Notes under the pieces: model-generated
Told to the model about the DNA's origin: nothing
What the model saw: only the letters and a program-made list of their open reading frames with translations
Database searches by the model: none
Position numbers and translations under genes: made by a program
From: Clostridiales bacterium
GTDB taxonomy: Bacteria; Bacillota; Clostridia; Oscillospirales; Acutalibacteraceae
Length of the DNA: 64,000 nucleotides
Direction: 5' to 3'
Assembly: GCA_012839185.1 (NCBI GenBank)
Contig: DUNU01000022.1
Location: 25,604-89,603 of the forward strand
Shown here: positions 1-10,290 of the stretch, piece after piece
How positions within the stretch are numbered: position 1 is the first letter of the stretch
Layout: the number at the start of each line of letters is the position of its first letter

Positions 1-1470
1 GATATTTCTTACACTCCCTTTTTTGAATATACCTGCACCGACTGGGAAAGTCCACGTTATATAGAATACGCTGTTGCAAATGGTATTACGGGCGGTCCTT
101 ATGTCAACATTCCCGATTCCATGGGCGGTACTGTTAACTATCTTGGTCGTGTATGTCATACTCTTACCGAAAGCATTTGCAGCAGAGATACATATTTTGG
201 GACACATCCCGAGTATTTTGCATATCGTAACGGCAAGAGAGTTGACAAGCAGTTATGTCTTACAAACTCCGATGTTGTCGATTTGGTCAAAAATGAGGTT
301 CTTGAACTTTTAGCGACGGGACACAACCCCGATGCTTCTCTTCAAATTATTTCATTAACACAGGCGGATAATCAGGAATATTGTACCTGTGAAAACTGCG
401 TTGCCTTTGAAAAAGCACACGGAAACGTTCGCTCCGCCACGATGATAAATTTCGTAAATCAAGTTGCGGATGTTGTTAAAGAGGCGGGATATGACAATGT
501 TGTAATTGATACTTTTGCTTATCAATACACAAGAAAAGCTCCTACCGGAATAGTCCCCCGCGACAATGTTTGTGTTCGTTTATGCCCAATCGAATGTTGT
601 TTTGCTCATACGCTTGATGATAAAAACTGTGCTTCAAACGTTGCATTTATGAAAGACCTTGTTGATTGGAAAAACATTTGCAATCGTCTTTACATTTGGG
701 ATTATACAAACAACTTTTCTCATACTTGTACCGTATTTCCCAATTTTGGTGTCTTACAGCGTAATGTTCAAGTTTTTGTTGAAAACAATGTAAAGGGTGT
801 TTATGAATCGGGCAATTACTATATGTATGCCTGCGACAGTGAGTTTGGTGAACTTCGTGCATATCTTTTATCGAAACTCATGCAAAATCCCTATCTTGAT
901 TATGACAAGACAATGGACGAATTTTTGGCGGCTTATTACGGCAAAGGCTGGATGAATATTCGCAAGGCTATTGATATGTACACCGACAAGGCGGGAGACG
1001 TTCTCGGACATTTGAGAATTTCTTATTTGCCCAAAGACAGTTTGCAATTATCAAACAGACAAGTAAAAATTATTGACAGATATTGGGAAGCAGCTTACAA
1101 TGAAGCGGAAACCGATATGCACAGAGAGAACATTTATCGTAGTGAACTTTCTTGGAGATATTACAAAGCCGACACAGGCAAGGGAGAGTTTTCGTCGTTG
1201 AACTCTGCTCGTTTTGATGAAATGCAGAAACTCTATGATGACCTTATTACACACGGTGTTACTACGCTTAATGAACGCCACCTTCATGATATACTCGATT
1301 GTCCTGTTGCAAGATATGTAAAACCTAATCAGTGGTATCAGTTTGAAGAAGGCACGGCTGCTACTCAAGCTAAAATTACATGGGGACAAGCTCAAGAAAA
1401 TTCACCCTTAAATTCGATCAGGGATTTGTTATACAGGATAATGAATTGGATTTGGGGAATGTTTATCTGA
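1..1470 (+). CDS. DUF4838-like (GH20-like fold) protein, 5' end outside the window
   Basis: Frame 1 is open from base 1, with no stop before the listed ORF 121..1470. Motifs HPEYFAYRNGKR..QLCLTNSDV and YIWDYTNNF resemble the DUF4838 family as I recall it. Confidence 0.5.
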   Translation, partial: DISYTPFFEYTCTDWESPRYIEYAVANGITGGPYVNIPDSMGGTVNYLGRVCHTLTESICSRDTYFGTHPEYFAYRNGKRVDKQLCLTNSDVVDLVKNEVLELLATGHNPDASLQIISLTQADNQEYCTCENCVAFEKAHGNVRSATMINFVNQVADVVKEAGYDNVVIDTFAYQYTRKAPTGIVPRDNVCVRLCPIECCFAHTLDDKNCASNVAFMKDLVDWKNICNRLYIWDYTNNFSHTCTVFPNFGVLQRNVQVFVENNVKGVYESGNYYMYACDSEFGELRAYLLSKLMQNPYLDYDKTMDEFLAAYYGKGWMNIRKAIDMYTDKAGDVLGHLRISYLPKDSLQLSNRQVKIIDRYWEAAYNEAETDMHRENIYRSELSWRYYKADTGKGEFSSLNSARFDEMQKLYDDLITHGVTTLNERHLHDILDCPVARYVKPNQWYQFEEGTAATQAKITWGQAQENSPLNSIRDLLYRIMNWIWGMFI

Positions 1471-1522
1471 TATGAGGGAAATATTGCACGGGCTTAGTCG
1501 TCCGTGCAATACAAATGTGAGA

Positions 1523-2296
1523 ATGAAAATACAATCAAAAAATAACGACAAAATCAAACATATTTCAAAACTCGTACTTTCTTCGTCATACCGACGTGAG
1601 ATGGGTTTGTTTGTGCTTGAAGGAGCAAGACTTTGTGTCGATGCGGTAAGGTCGGATATTTCTCCCGATGAGTTTTATTATACTTATGAAGCAAAGGAAA
1701 AATATGCCGCAGAATTTGACGAAATAAGCGAAAAATGTGAGAATATCTATGAGATAGACAAAGACATTGCGGCGAAAATTTCTGATACGAAATCGCCGCA
1801 GGGTTTTTTCACCGTAAATAAAGCACTTGACAAATCTATATTATTTGATAAAATAAATAACAAAAGTAAACTGGTGGCATTGGACAATGTCCAAAATCCG
1901 GACAATTTGGGAGCAATAACAAGGACTGCCGAGGCTTTGGGCTATGACGGAATGCTTATTGGTTCCGGCTGTGATATTTATAATCCGAAGGCACTTCGTG
2001 CATCCATGGGTGCGTTTTTCAGATTGAACATTGCACGAGCAGAGAGTTTAAATGAACTTTTTGATTTGTGTCCCGACGTTGATATTATCGCAACTGTTCC
2101 TGATTCGGATGCTTTGAGTATTACCGATTATATTCCCGACAAGGGCTTTGCTGTTGTAATCGGGAATGAGGGCAACGGAATATCCGATGATGTCTTAAAG
2201 AGATGTAATGTAAAAACCACAATCAAGATGAAAGGCAGAGCCGAGTCATTAAATGCAGCCGCTGCCGCCGCCATTGTACTTTGGGAACTTTCATAG
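1523..2296 (+). CDS. TrmH/SpoU family RNA 2'-O-methyltransferase
   Basis: ORF 1472..2296 carries SpoU motifs NVQNPDNLGAITRTAEALG, VIGNEGNGIS and ESLNAAAAAAIVLWE. I placed the start at the internal ATG (MKIQSKNNDKIKHI), which fits family N-termini; 1472 remains possible. Confidence 0.85.
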   Translation: MKIQSKNNDKIKHISKLVLSSSYRREMGLFVLEGARLCVDAVRSDISPDEFYYTYEAKEKYAAEFDEISEKCENIYEIDKDIAAKISDTKSPQGFFTVNKALDKSILFDKINNKSKLVALDNVQNPDNLGAITRTAEALGYDGMLIGSGCDIYNPKALRASMGAFFRLNIARAESLNELFDLCPDVDIIATVPDSDALSITDYIPDKGFAVVIGNEGNGISDDVLKRCNVKTTIKMKGRAESLNAAAAAAIVLWELS

Positions 2297-2314
2297 GTTT
2301 AAGGGTGTGATATT

Positions 2315-3505
2315 TTGGTGCGAGCATCAAGTGAATATTGGGTATGGCTCTCAACAGCTTTGGGAGTTGGCTACAATGCCGATGAACTCATTCATTTTTA
2401 CGGCGATGCCAAAAATGTCTTTGATGCAGGCTACCACCAATGGATATTGTCGGGACTTGTGCGGAAAACCGCCGCGGAGAGAATGAAAAATTATTCTCTT
2501 GATGAGGCGAAAAAGACGGTTGCTCTGTGCGAAGAAAACGGATGGGAAATCGTTACTCCCGATAGTGAATATTATCCCTATTTACTTCATGAAATTCATG
2601 CAAAACCTCTTGTTTTATACGTAAACGGAGATGTGTCCGTTCTTAAACACCCTTTGCCTATCGCTTTTGTAGGAACTCGTGATGCATCCGCAAACGGAAT
2701 TAAAATTGCAGAAGAATATGCATATTCACTCGCAAAAGCCGGTGCTTTAATCGTAAGCGGCGGAGCATTGGGGATCGATTCTGCGGCACATATGGGTGCG
2801 TTGCAAGCAGTTGCCGATACGATTGCTTTTTTAGGATGCGGATTTTTGTCTGATTATCTTAAATCCAACAAAAATCTTCGGGACGCAATTTCAAGACACG
2901 GTGCCTGCGTGAGTGAGTTTCATCCGACGGCTCCTGCAAATCGGGGTACATTCCCGATAAGAAATCGTCTTATTGCGGGAATAAGCAGGGCAACGGTGGT
3001 TGTTGAAGCGGGTTTAAGAAGCGGTTCGCTTATTACCGCACGATATGCTATGGAAGAAAATCGTGATGTGTTTGCGTTTCCCGGAGAGGTTACGAGTTTC
3101 AATCATCTCGGAACAAACAAACTAATAGCTGACGGGGCATATTGCGTCATTTCTAAAGAGAGCATATTGAATGTCTATGCTCACGAGTATCCCGATTTGA
3201 TCAATCTTGATTCGTTGAATGATGAATATGACCCGACAATGAAGATTCCTCCTCCCGAAAAACCAAAAAAGGTTGAAGTCAGAGTTAAACCGAAAACACC
3301 CGAAAAAGAGCCGTTTGATACCTCATTATTGTCGGATGATAACAGTGTTCGTGTTTATGGTTTCTTGGCTGATACTCCGAAATCTGTTGATGAAATAGTG
3401 ATTGAATCGGGTATGGATGCTACCGATGTCTTGGTGGCACTGACCGATATTGAAATCTGCGGCGGTGCAAAAACGCTTGCGGGAAAGAGATATATAAAAG
3501 CATAA
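2315..3505 (+). CDS. dprA: DNA-processing protein DprA (Smf)
   Basis: Rossmann-like core motifs FVGTRDAS, SGGALGIDSAAHMGAL and FPIRNRLIAG. It sits in the conserved position upstream of topA. TTG/GTG start. Confidence 0.9.
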   Translation: MVRASSEYWVWLSTALGVGYNADELIHFYGDAKNVFDAGYHQWILSGLVRKTAAERMKNYSLDEAKKTVALCEENGWEIVTPDSEYYPYLLHEIHAKPLVLYVNGDVSVLKHPLPIAFVGTRDASANGIKIAEEYAYSLAKAGALIVSGGALGIDSAAHMGALQAVADTIAFLGCGFLSDYLKSNKNLRDAISRHGACVSEFHPTAPANRGTFPIRNRLIAGISRATVVVEAGLRSGSLITARYAMEENRDVFAFPGEVTSFNHLGTNKLIADGAYCVISKESILNVYAHEYPDLINLDSLNDEYDPTMKIPPPEKPKKVEVRVKPKTPEKEPFDTSLLSDDNSVRVYGFLADTPKSVDEIVIESGMDATDVLVALTDIEICGGAKTLAGKRYIKA

Positions 3506-3515
3506 GGAAGAAAAA

Positions 3516-5627
3516 ATGTCAAATTTACTTATAGTTGAGTCGCCTGCCAAAGCGAAAACAATCGGAAAATATTTAGGTTCTGACTTTGTGGTAAAAGCAT
3601 CTATGGGACATGTACGAGATTTATATCCGTCAAAACTCTCAGTTGATGTTAAAAAGGATTTTGAGCCACAGTATACCTCAATCAAGGGTAAGGAAAAGGT
3701 TATCGAAGAATTGCGTCAAGCTGCCAAAAAAGCGGATAAGGTGTATTTGGGAACAGACCCCGACCGCGAGGGAGAGGCAATTTCTTGGCATCTTGCGACT
3801 TTGCTGAATTTGAATATTGATACGGTTGAGCGTGTAAAATTTAATGAAATCAACAAGACGAGTGTTAAAAATGAAATTGCAAACCCGTCAAAGATTGATA
3901 TTGACTTGGTAAATGCTCAGCAGGCAAGACGCATATTAGACCGTATTGTCGGTTATCAACTCAGTCCGTTTTTGTCAAGCAAGATAAGAAAAGGTCTGTC
4001 TGCTGGTCGTGTTCAGAGTGTTGCCACAAAACTTATCGTTGACCGCGAAAATGAAATTAACGCCTTTGTCCCCGAAGAATATTGGACAATTGATGCGAAA
4101 TTTACCGCCTCAAGAAAGGTATTCAAAGCATCTTTTATCGGAGACGAAACAGGGAAAATCAAACTTACCGATGAGACAACCACAAACAAATACATGAACA
4201 GGCTTGACGGTGCTGTTTACAATATTGCAAACGTAAAGAACGGTACGAGAACAAAACAACCTTTCGCACCGTATATCACTTCCACTTTACAGCAGGACGC
4301 ATCGCATAAGCTCAATTTTACATCAAAACGCACAATGCGTATTGCTCAGGAGCTTTACGAAGGTGTCGATGTGGAAGGTTATGGCTCAATCGGTCTGATT
4401 ACATATATGCGTACGGACTCCACTCGTATTTCCGACGAGTCAAGAAAAGCAGGCAATTCATTTATTGAAAAGAATTACGGAAAAAATTATCTTCCTGAAA
4501 AACCCCGTGTATTTAAGATGAAGGCAAACGCACAAGACGGTCATGAAGCAATTCGCCCGACTACCGTAGAATTAACTCCCGAAAAGGCAAGAGCATCCCT
4601 TACAACAGATCAATATAAGTTATACAAGCTTATCTGGAACAGATTTATTGCAAGTTTAATGGCTAATTGTATTCAGAACACTCAGAAGATTGAAATTCAT
4701 GCAGTCGGCACGGTTGACGCACAATATAACGGAGAGAAATATGTTGCTTTCAGTGCAACGGGATACAGCGTAAAATTTGACGGTTTTACGAAAGTCTATG
4801 AGGTTGCCGACGAAGAGGATGAAACCGCTCTCCCGACGGTAAGTGTGGGTGATACGGTAAAGGTCAAGGAGATTGTTCCAAATCAGCATTTCACTCAACC
4901 TCCTGCAAGATATACGGAAGCCTCTTTGATAAAAATGCTTGAAGAAACGGGTGTCGGCAGACCATCAACTTATGCATCGATTATTTCAACTATCATTGAC
5001 AGAGAATACGTTGTTTTTGAGGCAAAATCACTTAAACCGACGGAGCTTGGATTTGTAACAACCAAAGTTCTCGAAGAAAAATTTCCGAAAATTGTAAACA
5101 CAAAATTTACTGCGGGTATGGAAAGTGATTTGGATAAAGTTGAAGTCGGTCAATTGGATTATATCAAAATGCTTCACACTTTCTATGACGATTTTTCCGC
5201 CACTCTCGATAAGGCAAAGGAAACAATGAAGGGTGTCAAAATTCAGCTTGAAGAAGATAAGACGGATATTCCGTGTCCGAATTGTGGGCAACTTATGATC
5301 ATTAAAGTGGGACGTTTCGGCAAATTCATTGCTTGTCCGAATTATCCTACTTGCAAGACTACCATGCCTTTTGTCAAGGAAACCGGTGCAACATGCCCCG
5401 TATGCGGCGGCAATGTCATTTCCAAAAAAGCAAAAGGTAAATATGTTTTCTACGGATGCTCAAATTATCCGAACTGCAATTTCATGACTTGGGATGTTCC
5501 GACGGGTGAAAACTGTCCCGAATGCGGACATTCTTTATTCAAAAATCGCAGTGGCACGGTAAAATGCTTGTTTGAAGGCTGCAATTATGAAGTAAAAAAA
5601 CGCAGCAAGAAAAATGAAGAAAAATAA
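3516..5627 (+). CDS. topA: DNA topoisomerase I
   Basis: Toprim N-terminus LLIVESPAKAKTIGKYLG, the active-site region ITYMRTDS, and C-terminal Cys4 zinc ribbons (CPNCG..CP, CPVCGG, CPECG). SD AAGGAAG lies upstream. Confidence 0.97.
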   Translation: MSNLLIVESPAKAKTIGKYLGSDFVVKASMGHVRDLYPSKLSVDVKKDFEPQYTSIKGKEKVIEELRQAAKKADKVYLGTDPDREGEAISWHLATLLNLNIDTVERVKFNEINKTSVKNEIANPSKIDIDLVNAQQARRILDRIVGYQLSPFLSSKIRKGLSAGRVQSVATKLIVDRENEINAFVPEEYWTIDAKFTASRKVFKASFIGDETGKIKLTDETTTNKYMNRLDGAVYNIANVKNGTRTKQPFAPYITSTLQQDASHKLNFTSKRTMRIAQELYEGVDVEGYGSIGLITYMRTDSTRISDESRKAGNSFIEKNYGKNYLPEKPRVFKMKANAQDGHEAIRPTTVELTPEKARASLTTDQYKLYKLIWNRFIASLMANCIQNTQKIEIHAVGTVDAQYNGEKYVAFSATGYSVKFDGFTKVYEVADEEDETALPTVSVGDTVKVKEIVPNQHFTQPPARYTEASLIKMLEETGVGRPSTYASIISTIIDREYVVFEAKSLKPTELGFVTTKVLEEKFPKIVNTKFTAGMESDLDKVEVGQLDYIKMLHTFYDDFSATLDKAKETMKGVKIQLEEDKTDIPCPNCGQLMIIKVGRFGKFIACPNYPTCKTTMPFVKETGATCPVCGGNVISKKAKGKYVFYGCSNYPNCNFMTWDVPTGENCPECGHSLFKNRSGTVKCLFEGCNYEVKKRSKKNEEK

Positions 5628-6927
5628 AAATGCGATAGTAATCGGCGGCGGTTTAGCAGGTGTTGAGGCTGCACGACAGCTTTCAAAAGCGGGAATAAAA
5701 GTTACTCTCTATGAGATGAAACCGACAAAATTTTCCGCAGCACACAAAAATGCTGACTTAGCCGAACTTGTTTGCTCAAACTCCTTGAAAGCAGAACGCA
5801 TTGGCTCTGCCGCAGGATTATTAAAAGCCGAGATGGAATATTTCGGCTCTTTGACTCTTGAATGTGCAAAACTTTCAAAAGTTCCCGCAGGCGGTGCACT
5901 TGCCGTCAATCGTGATGAATTTGCTCGTTTGGTTACTGAAAAAATTGAAGCGGATGAAAACATCACGGTTATCCGCGAGGAAGTAACGAAAATTCCCGAT
6001 GCAGACGCGGTTATTATTGCAGCCGGTCCGCTCGTAAGTTTCTCTCTTGCCGAAGAAATCGGAAAACTTTGCGGAAAGGAATTTCTGAGTTTCTTTGATG
6101 CTGCCGCTCCGATTATTACTTTTGACAGCATTGATATGACAAAAGCATTTACGCAGTCCCGCTATGATAGAGGCGGCGAGGATGATTATATAAATTGTCC
6201 GATGAATAAGGCGGAATATGATGCTTTTCATGATGCACTTATCAATGCCGAAAGTGCCGATTTGCACGAGATTGATAAGCAAAAGGGTGTATATGAGGGC
6301 TGTATGCCCATTGAAGTCCTTGCGTCACGCGGAAGGGATGCCATAAGATTTGGACCGATGAAACCCGTCGGACTGCGTGATCCGAATACCGGTCACAGAC
6401 CCTGGGCAGTGCTTCAACTTCGGAAAGAGAATAAAGAAGGCACGATGTACAATATGGTCGGCTTTCAGACAAATCTGAAATTTGCCGAACAGAAAAGAGT
6501 GTTTTCCATGATTTCCGGTCTTGAAAATGCCGAGTTTGTACGCTATGGCGTAATGCACAGAAATACTTTTATCGACTCTCCTCGCTTGCTTAACAACGAT
6601 TTTTCATTCAGAACAAAACCGAATCTCTTTTTTGCAGGTCAGATAACCGGTGTTGAAGGTTATATGGAATCAGCTGCGTCGGGAATTATGGCGGGATACA
6701 ATGCCGCCGCAATGCTTAACAATACGCCCAAACTCAAACTTGAAAATATCACAATGATGGGTGCGTTGGCAAATTATATTTCCGATCCGGATATAAAAGA
6801 TTTTCAGCCTATGGGTGCGGCAATGGGACTTTTGCCCCCGCTTTCTGAGAAAATTCGGGATAAAAAAGAGCGTTACGAACAAATTGCAAAGAGAAGTCTG
6901 GATTATTTAACAAAGGTGATTTTATGA
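5614..6927 (+). CDS. trmFO: Methylenetetrahydrofolate--tRNA-(uracil-5)-methyltransferase TrmFO (Gid)
   Basis: FAD-binding N-terminus VIGGGLAGVEAA, motif LVCSNSLK, and the canonical position after topA. Overlaps the topA stop by 14 nt. Confidence 0.93.
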   Translation: MKKNKNAIVIGGGLAGVEAARQLSKAGIKVTLYEMKPTKFSAAHKNADLAELVCSNSLKAERIGSAAGLLKAEMEYFGSLTLECAKLSKVPAGGALAVNRDEFARLVTEKIEADENITVIREEVTKIPDADAVIIAAGPLVSFSLAEEIGKLCGKEFLSFFDAAAPIITFDSIDMTKAFTQSRYDRGGEDDYINCPMNKAEYDAFHDALINAESADLHEIDKQKGVYEGCMPIEVLASRGRDAIRFGPMKPVGLRDPNTGHRPWAVLQLRKENKEGTMYNMVGFQTNLKFAEQKRVFSMISGLENAEFVRYGVMHRNTFIDSPRLLNNDFSFRTKPNLFFAGQITGVEGYMESAASGIMAGYNAAAMLNNTPKLKLENITMMGALANYISDPDIKDFQPMGAAMGLLPPLSEKIRDKKERYEQIAKRSLDYLTKVIL

Positions 6928-7931
6928 AAATAATTGTCGATGCTTTCGGCGGAGATAATGCTCCGCTTGAAATTATAAAAGGCTCTGTTGACGCGTCGAA
7001 GGAAAACGGTGTTGAAATTATTTTAGTCGGCGACGAGGAGAAAATTCGTTCCTGTGCCGCCGAAAACGGACTTGATATTTCCGCAATAGAAATTTTACAT
7101 GCCCCGACCGTTATTGCGGTTGATGATGACCCGACAAAGGTGGTCAAAGGAATGACCGACAGTTCAATGTCTGTCGGTTTGGTGGCATTAACGGACGGAC
7201 ATGGTGATGCTTTTGTCTCTGCGGGAAGTACCGGTGCCTTGGTTGTCGGCGGAAATCTTATTGTCCGTCGCATTCGCGGTATCAAAAGAGCCGCAATTGC
7301 CACCGTATTGCCGTCGAACGATTCTCCCGTTATGCTTCTTGACAGCGGAGCAAATCTCGATTTGACAACAACATCAATGGTGCAGTTTGGTCTTATGGGA
7401 CATATTTACATGAAGCGGGTTTTGGGAGTATCCAAGCCACGTGTTGCACTTGCCAATATCGGTGTTGAAGAAACTAAAGGCCCCCAACTTTATACGGAAA
7501 GTTATCAGCTTATGAAAGCACTGTCCGACTATAATTTTATCGGAAATATTGAGGCTCGTGATATTCCGATGGGTGCAGCGGATGTGGTTGTTGCAGATGG
7601 TTTTACCGGAAACATTATCCTTAAAATGTACGAAGGTGTTGCCGGTGCTTTAATGAAGAATATCAAGGGTATATTCTTGAAAAATGCAATTACGAAAATC
7701 GGTGCTTTGCTTGTCAAGAATGAGGTCAGTGCTTTCAAGGCAAAAATGGACTATAAACAATACGGCGGTGCTCCGCTTGTGGGACTAAAAAAGCCTGTTA
7801 TAAAAGCACACGGCTCAAGTGATGCTGTTGCTATAAAGAGTGCAATTATGCAGGCAAAATATTTTGCAGAAACCGGTGTTATTGCCGATATTGAAGAATA
7901 TTTAAGTCAAGGTGAGGATAATAATGATTGA
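6924..7931 (+). CDS. plsX: Phosphate acyltransferase PlsX
   Basis: N-terminus MKIIVDAFGGDNAP, plus motifs SAGSTGA, DGFTGN and HGSS. ATGA overlap with trmFO. Confidence 0.95.
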   Translation: MKIIVDAFGGDNAPLEIIKGSVDASKENGVEIILVGDEEKIRSCAAENGLDISAIEILHAPTVIAVDDDPTKVVKGMTDSSMSVGLVALTDGHGDAFVSAGSTGALVVGGNLIVRRIRGIKRAAIATVLPSNDSPVMLLDSGANLDLTTTSMVQFGLMGHIYMKRVLGVSKPRVALANIGVEETKGPQLYTESYQLMKALSDYNFIGNIEARDIPMGAADVVVADGFTGNIILKMYEGVAGALMKNIKGIFLKNAITKIGALLVKNEVSAFKAKMDYKQYGGAPLVGLKKPVIKAHGSSDAVAIKSAIMQAKYFAETGVIADIEEYLSQGEDNND

Positions 7932-8595
7932 GCTTGAAGATAAGATAGGTTATTTATTTAAGAATAAGCAACTTCTTATCAATGCCTTAACTCATTCTTC
8001 CTATAAAAACGAAAACAATTTGGAAATAGATAACGAGCGTCTGGAATTTTTGGGCGATTCGTTACTTGGCTTTATATCTGCTGAATACTTATTTAAGAAA
8101 TTCGAAAAATCACAAGAGGGTAAACTATCCCGCTTGAGAGCCTCCGAAGTATGCGAAAAATCGCTTGCTAACTTTGCAATACAGTTGGAGCTTGGCAAAT
8201 TTATCAGATTAGGTAAAGGGGAATTGGCAAGCGGCGGAGCGGACAGACCGTCAATCTTGTCCAATGCATTTGAGGCGATAATTGCGGCAATATATCTTGA
8301 CGGAGGAATGGAGCCTGCCAAGAAATTCGTGCTTCGATTTGTCAATATTGAAGGAATTAAAGAAGACGAATTTGTTGATTACAAAACGCTTTTGCAAGAG
8401 GTTGTTCAACAAACTCCGGGTGAACGGCTTGAATATGTCAATGTGGCGGAATACGGCCCCGCTCATGAGAGAACTTTTGAAGTCGAGGTGCATCTTAACA
8501 ACAATCCCATCTCAAAAGGCACAGGCTCAAGCAAAAAAAAGAGTGAACAGATGGCAGCAAAAGCCGCATTGGAACTTATGGGGATTAAGATATGA
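7924..8595 (+). CDS. rnc: Ribonuclease III
   Basis: RNase III signature ERLEFLGDS and a C-terminal dsRBD (GSSKKKSEQMAAKAAL). The ATG at 7924 has SD AGGTGAGGA 5 nt upstream. The track ORF starts at GTG 7912. Confidence 0.95.
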   Translation: MIELEDKIGYLFKNKQLLINALTHSSYKNENNLEIDNERLEFLGDSLLGFISAEYLFKKFEKSQEGKLSRLRASEVCEKSLANFAIQLELGKFIRLGKGELASGGADRPSILSNAFEAIIAAIYLDGGMEPAKKFVLRFVNIEGIKEDEFVDYKTLLQEVVQQTPGERLEYVNVAEYGPAHERTFEVEVHLNNNPISKGTGSSKKKSEQMAAKAALELMGIKI

Positions 8596-9428
8596 GTAAG
8601 TTTACGGCAAGAAATTTTGAATTGCCTCTCGGCAAAAAGACCTACATTATGGGCATACTTAATATAACTCCCGACTCCTTTTCGGACGGTGGGAGATATT
8701 TTGATTTAGATTTGGCGATAAAGCATATTGATGAGATGATAAACGACGGAGTGGATATTATCGACATCGGTGCAATGTCAACCAGACCGAATTCAAAAAG
8801 AATTGACGAGGATGAGGAAATAAGCCGTCTTGTGCCTGTTTTTGAATATTTACGAGAAAAATCTTATTTTGAAAAATATCCCATATCGGTTGACACCTTT
8901 AATGTCAAAACTGCAAGGGTTTCCCTTGAATACGGAGCGGCGATAATTAACGATGTCAGCGGTGAGATAAATAATGATATGCTCAATCTTATTCGGGAAT
9001 ATAATGCGGGATATATTTTTATGCATGCAAGAGGACTTGCCGAAAACATCCCCGACTATCCTTTGGGCGTTGTGGCGGATGTTGACAAGTTTTTTGAACA
9101 GGCTATAAGTGCCGCAGATAATGTCGGTCTTAAACGCACACAAATCTGCCTTGATCCCGGCTTGGGATTTGGGAAGAATACCGCAGAAAATATGCAGGTC
9201 TTAAATGCGGGAAAACAACTTAAACGAGAGGATATTGCCTATCTTGTCGCACTTTCCCGAAAAAGATTTATCGGCGATATTTCAAAAATTGCCGAACCCG
9301 AAAAGAGGGATGAATATTCCATAGTTGCATCACTTATGGGCGGCGGGGACATGATTCGTGTGCATGATGTAAAAAATGCCGTTCGTATAGCGAAAATCTT
9401 TGACGATTTGAGGTATTATAATGGGTAA
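8592..9428 (+). CDS. folP: Dihydropteroate synthase
   Basis: Motifs MGILNITPDSFSDGG, DIIDIG, INDVSG and DPGLGFGK. Start overlaps the rnc stop. Confidence 0.93.
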   Translation: MSKFTARNFELPLGKKTYIMGILNITPDSFSDGGRYFDLDLAIKHIDEMINDGVDIIDIGAMSTRPNSKRIDEDEEISRLVPVFEYLREKSYFEKYPISVDTFNVKTARVSLEYGAAIINDVSGEINNDMLNLIREYNAGYIFMHARGLAENIPDYPLGVVADVDKFFEQAISAADNVGLKRTQICLDPGLGFGKNTAENMQVLNAGKQLKREDIAYLVALSRKRFIGDISKIAEPEKRDEYSIVASLMGGGDMIRVHDVKNAVRIAKIFDDLRYYNG

Positions 9429-9780
9429 AATCATAGTTAAAGATTTGAAATTATTTGCATATCACGGAGTAAATCCCGAAGAAAAAATTGAAGGGCAAAA
9501 CTTTATTCTTGATATTGTTGCAGATGTTGATTTAACGACCGCATCGAATACCGATGACCTTAATGATACGGTTAGTTACGCAAAAATCATCAAACTTGCC
9601 CGAACGGTTTTTACGCAGGCTAAATATGATTTGATTGAAAAAGCGGGCGGAGCGGTTGCCGATGCGATTATGGATGAATTTGATAAAATTACCGCCGTAT
9701 CCGTCACGGTAAAGAAACCCGAAGCACCGATTTCTGCGGATTTCGGTTATGTTGCGGTAGTGATTGAAAGGGAAAGATGA
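9421..9780 (+). CDS. folB: Dihydroneopterin aldolase
   Basis: 119 aa with the FolB-like start (I.VKDL.LFAYHGV..EEK..GQ.F), sitting between folP and folK. Confidence 0.85.
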   Translation: MGKIIVKDLKLFAYHGVNPEEKIEGQNFILDIVADVDLTTASNTDDLNDTVSYAKIIKLARTVFTQAKYDLIEKAGGAVADAIMDEFDKITAVSVTVKKPEAPISADFGYVAVVIERER

Positions 9781-10178
9781 AGGCTTATATTGCTTTAGGT
9801 ACCAATATCGGAGACAGGAGAAAGAATATTGAAGACGCTCTGGCTGCTCTTAATCTTGATCCCGATGTTAAAGTGACGAAAATTTCGAATATACATGAAA
9901 CGGAGCCGGTCGGCTATCTTGATCAGGATATGTTTCTCAATGCCTGCTGTGAGGTTGAAACCGAACTTTCTCCCCACGCTCTCTTGGGTGTTTGTCTCGG
10001 TATTGAAGCCGCTATGGGCAGAATTCGTCAAATAAAAAACGGGCCGAGAATTATCGACCTTGATCTGCTTTTATACGAAAATGAAAAAATCAACACCCCT
10101 GAATTAACTCTCCCCCACCCACGTATGTACGAACGCGATTTCGTTATGATCCCGCTTAAGGAAATACTTGAAGATTAG
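9777..10178 (+). CDS. folK: 2-amino-4-hydroxy-6-hydroxymethyldihydropteridine diphosphokinase (HPPK)
   Basis: Motifs AYIALGTNIGDR, TEPVG, RIIDLDLL and LPHPRMYERDFV. ATGA overlap with folB. Confidence 0.87.
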   Translation: MKAYIALGTNIGDRRKNIEDALAALNLDPDVKVTKISNIHETEPVGYLDQDMFLNACCEVETELSPHALLGVCLGIEAAMGRIRQIKNGPRIIDLDLLLYENEKINTPELTLPHPRMYERDFVMIPLKEILED

Positions 10179-10236
10179 AGTTTATTTGTATATTAGAACT
10201 GCTGACAATTTCCGCATTAAGCTCTTATTTAATAAA

Positions 10237-10256
10237 AGGTAGGTAAGCCCCTACCT
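10237..10256. terminator. Bidirectional rho-independent terminator (folK on + / tRNA-Leu readthrough on -)
   Basis: AGGTAGG-taagcc-CCTACCT, a 7-bp stem. An A-run precedes it on + (AATAAAA), which reads as a T-run after the hairpin on the minus strand. Confidence 0.6.
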
Positions 10257-10267
10257 CTAATTTCTAT

Positions 10268-10290
10268 TGGTGCGGATAACAGGGCTTGAA
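10268..10290 (-). repeat. Orphan copy of the last 23 nt (T-loop to CCA) of tRNA-Leu
   Basis: tggtgcggataacagggcttgaa is identical to 10431..10453, the 3' end of the intact tRNA. The match breaks inside the T-loop. Confidence 0.9.

Noticed and set aside
74-313. 79-aa ORF in frame 2 at the window start
   Set aside because: It overlaps the continuous frame-1 ORF, which carries the family motifs, and is an alternative-frame artefact.
5709-7303. Long minus-strand ORFs (5709..6131, 5875..6282, 6809..7303) opposite trmFO and plsX
   Set aside because: They lie antisense to genes with unmistakable family motifs. Their translations are low-complexity (S/A/I-rich) and they have no SD. These are typical shadow ORFs.
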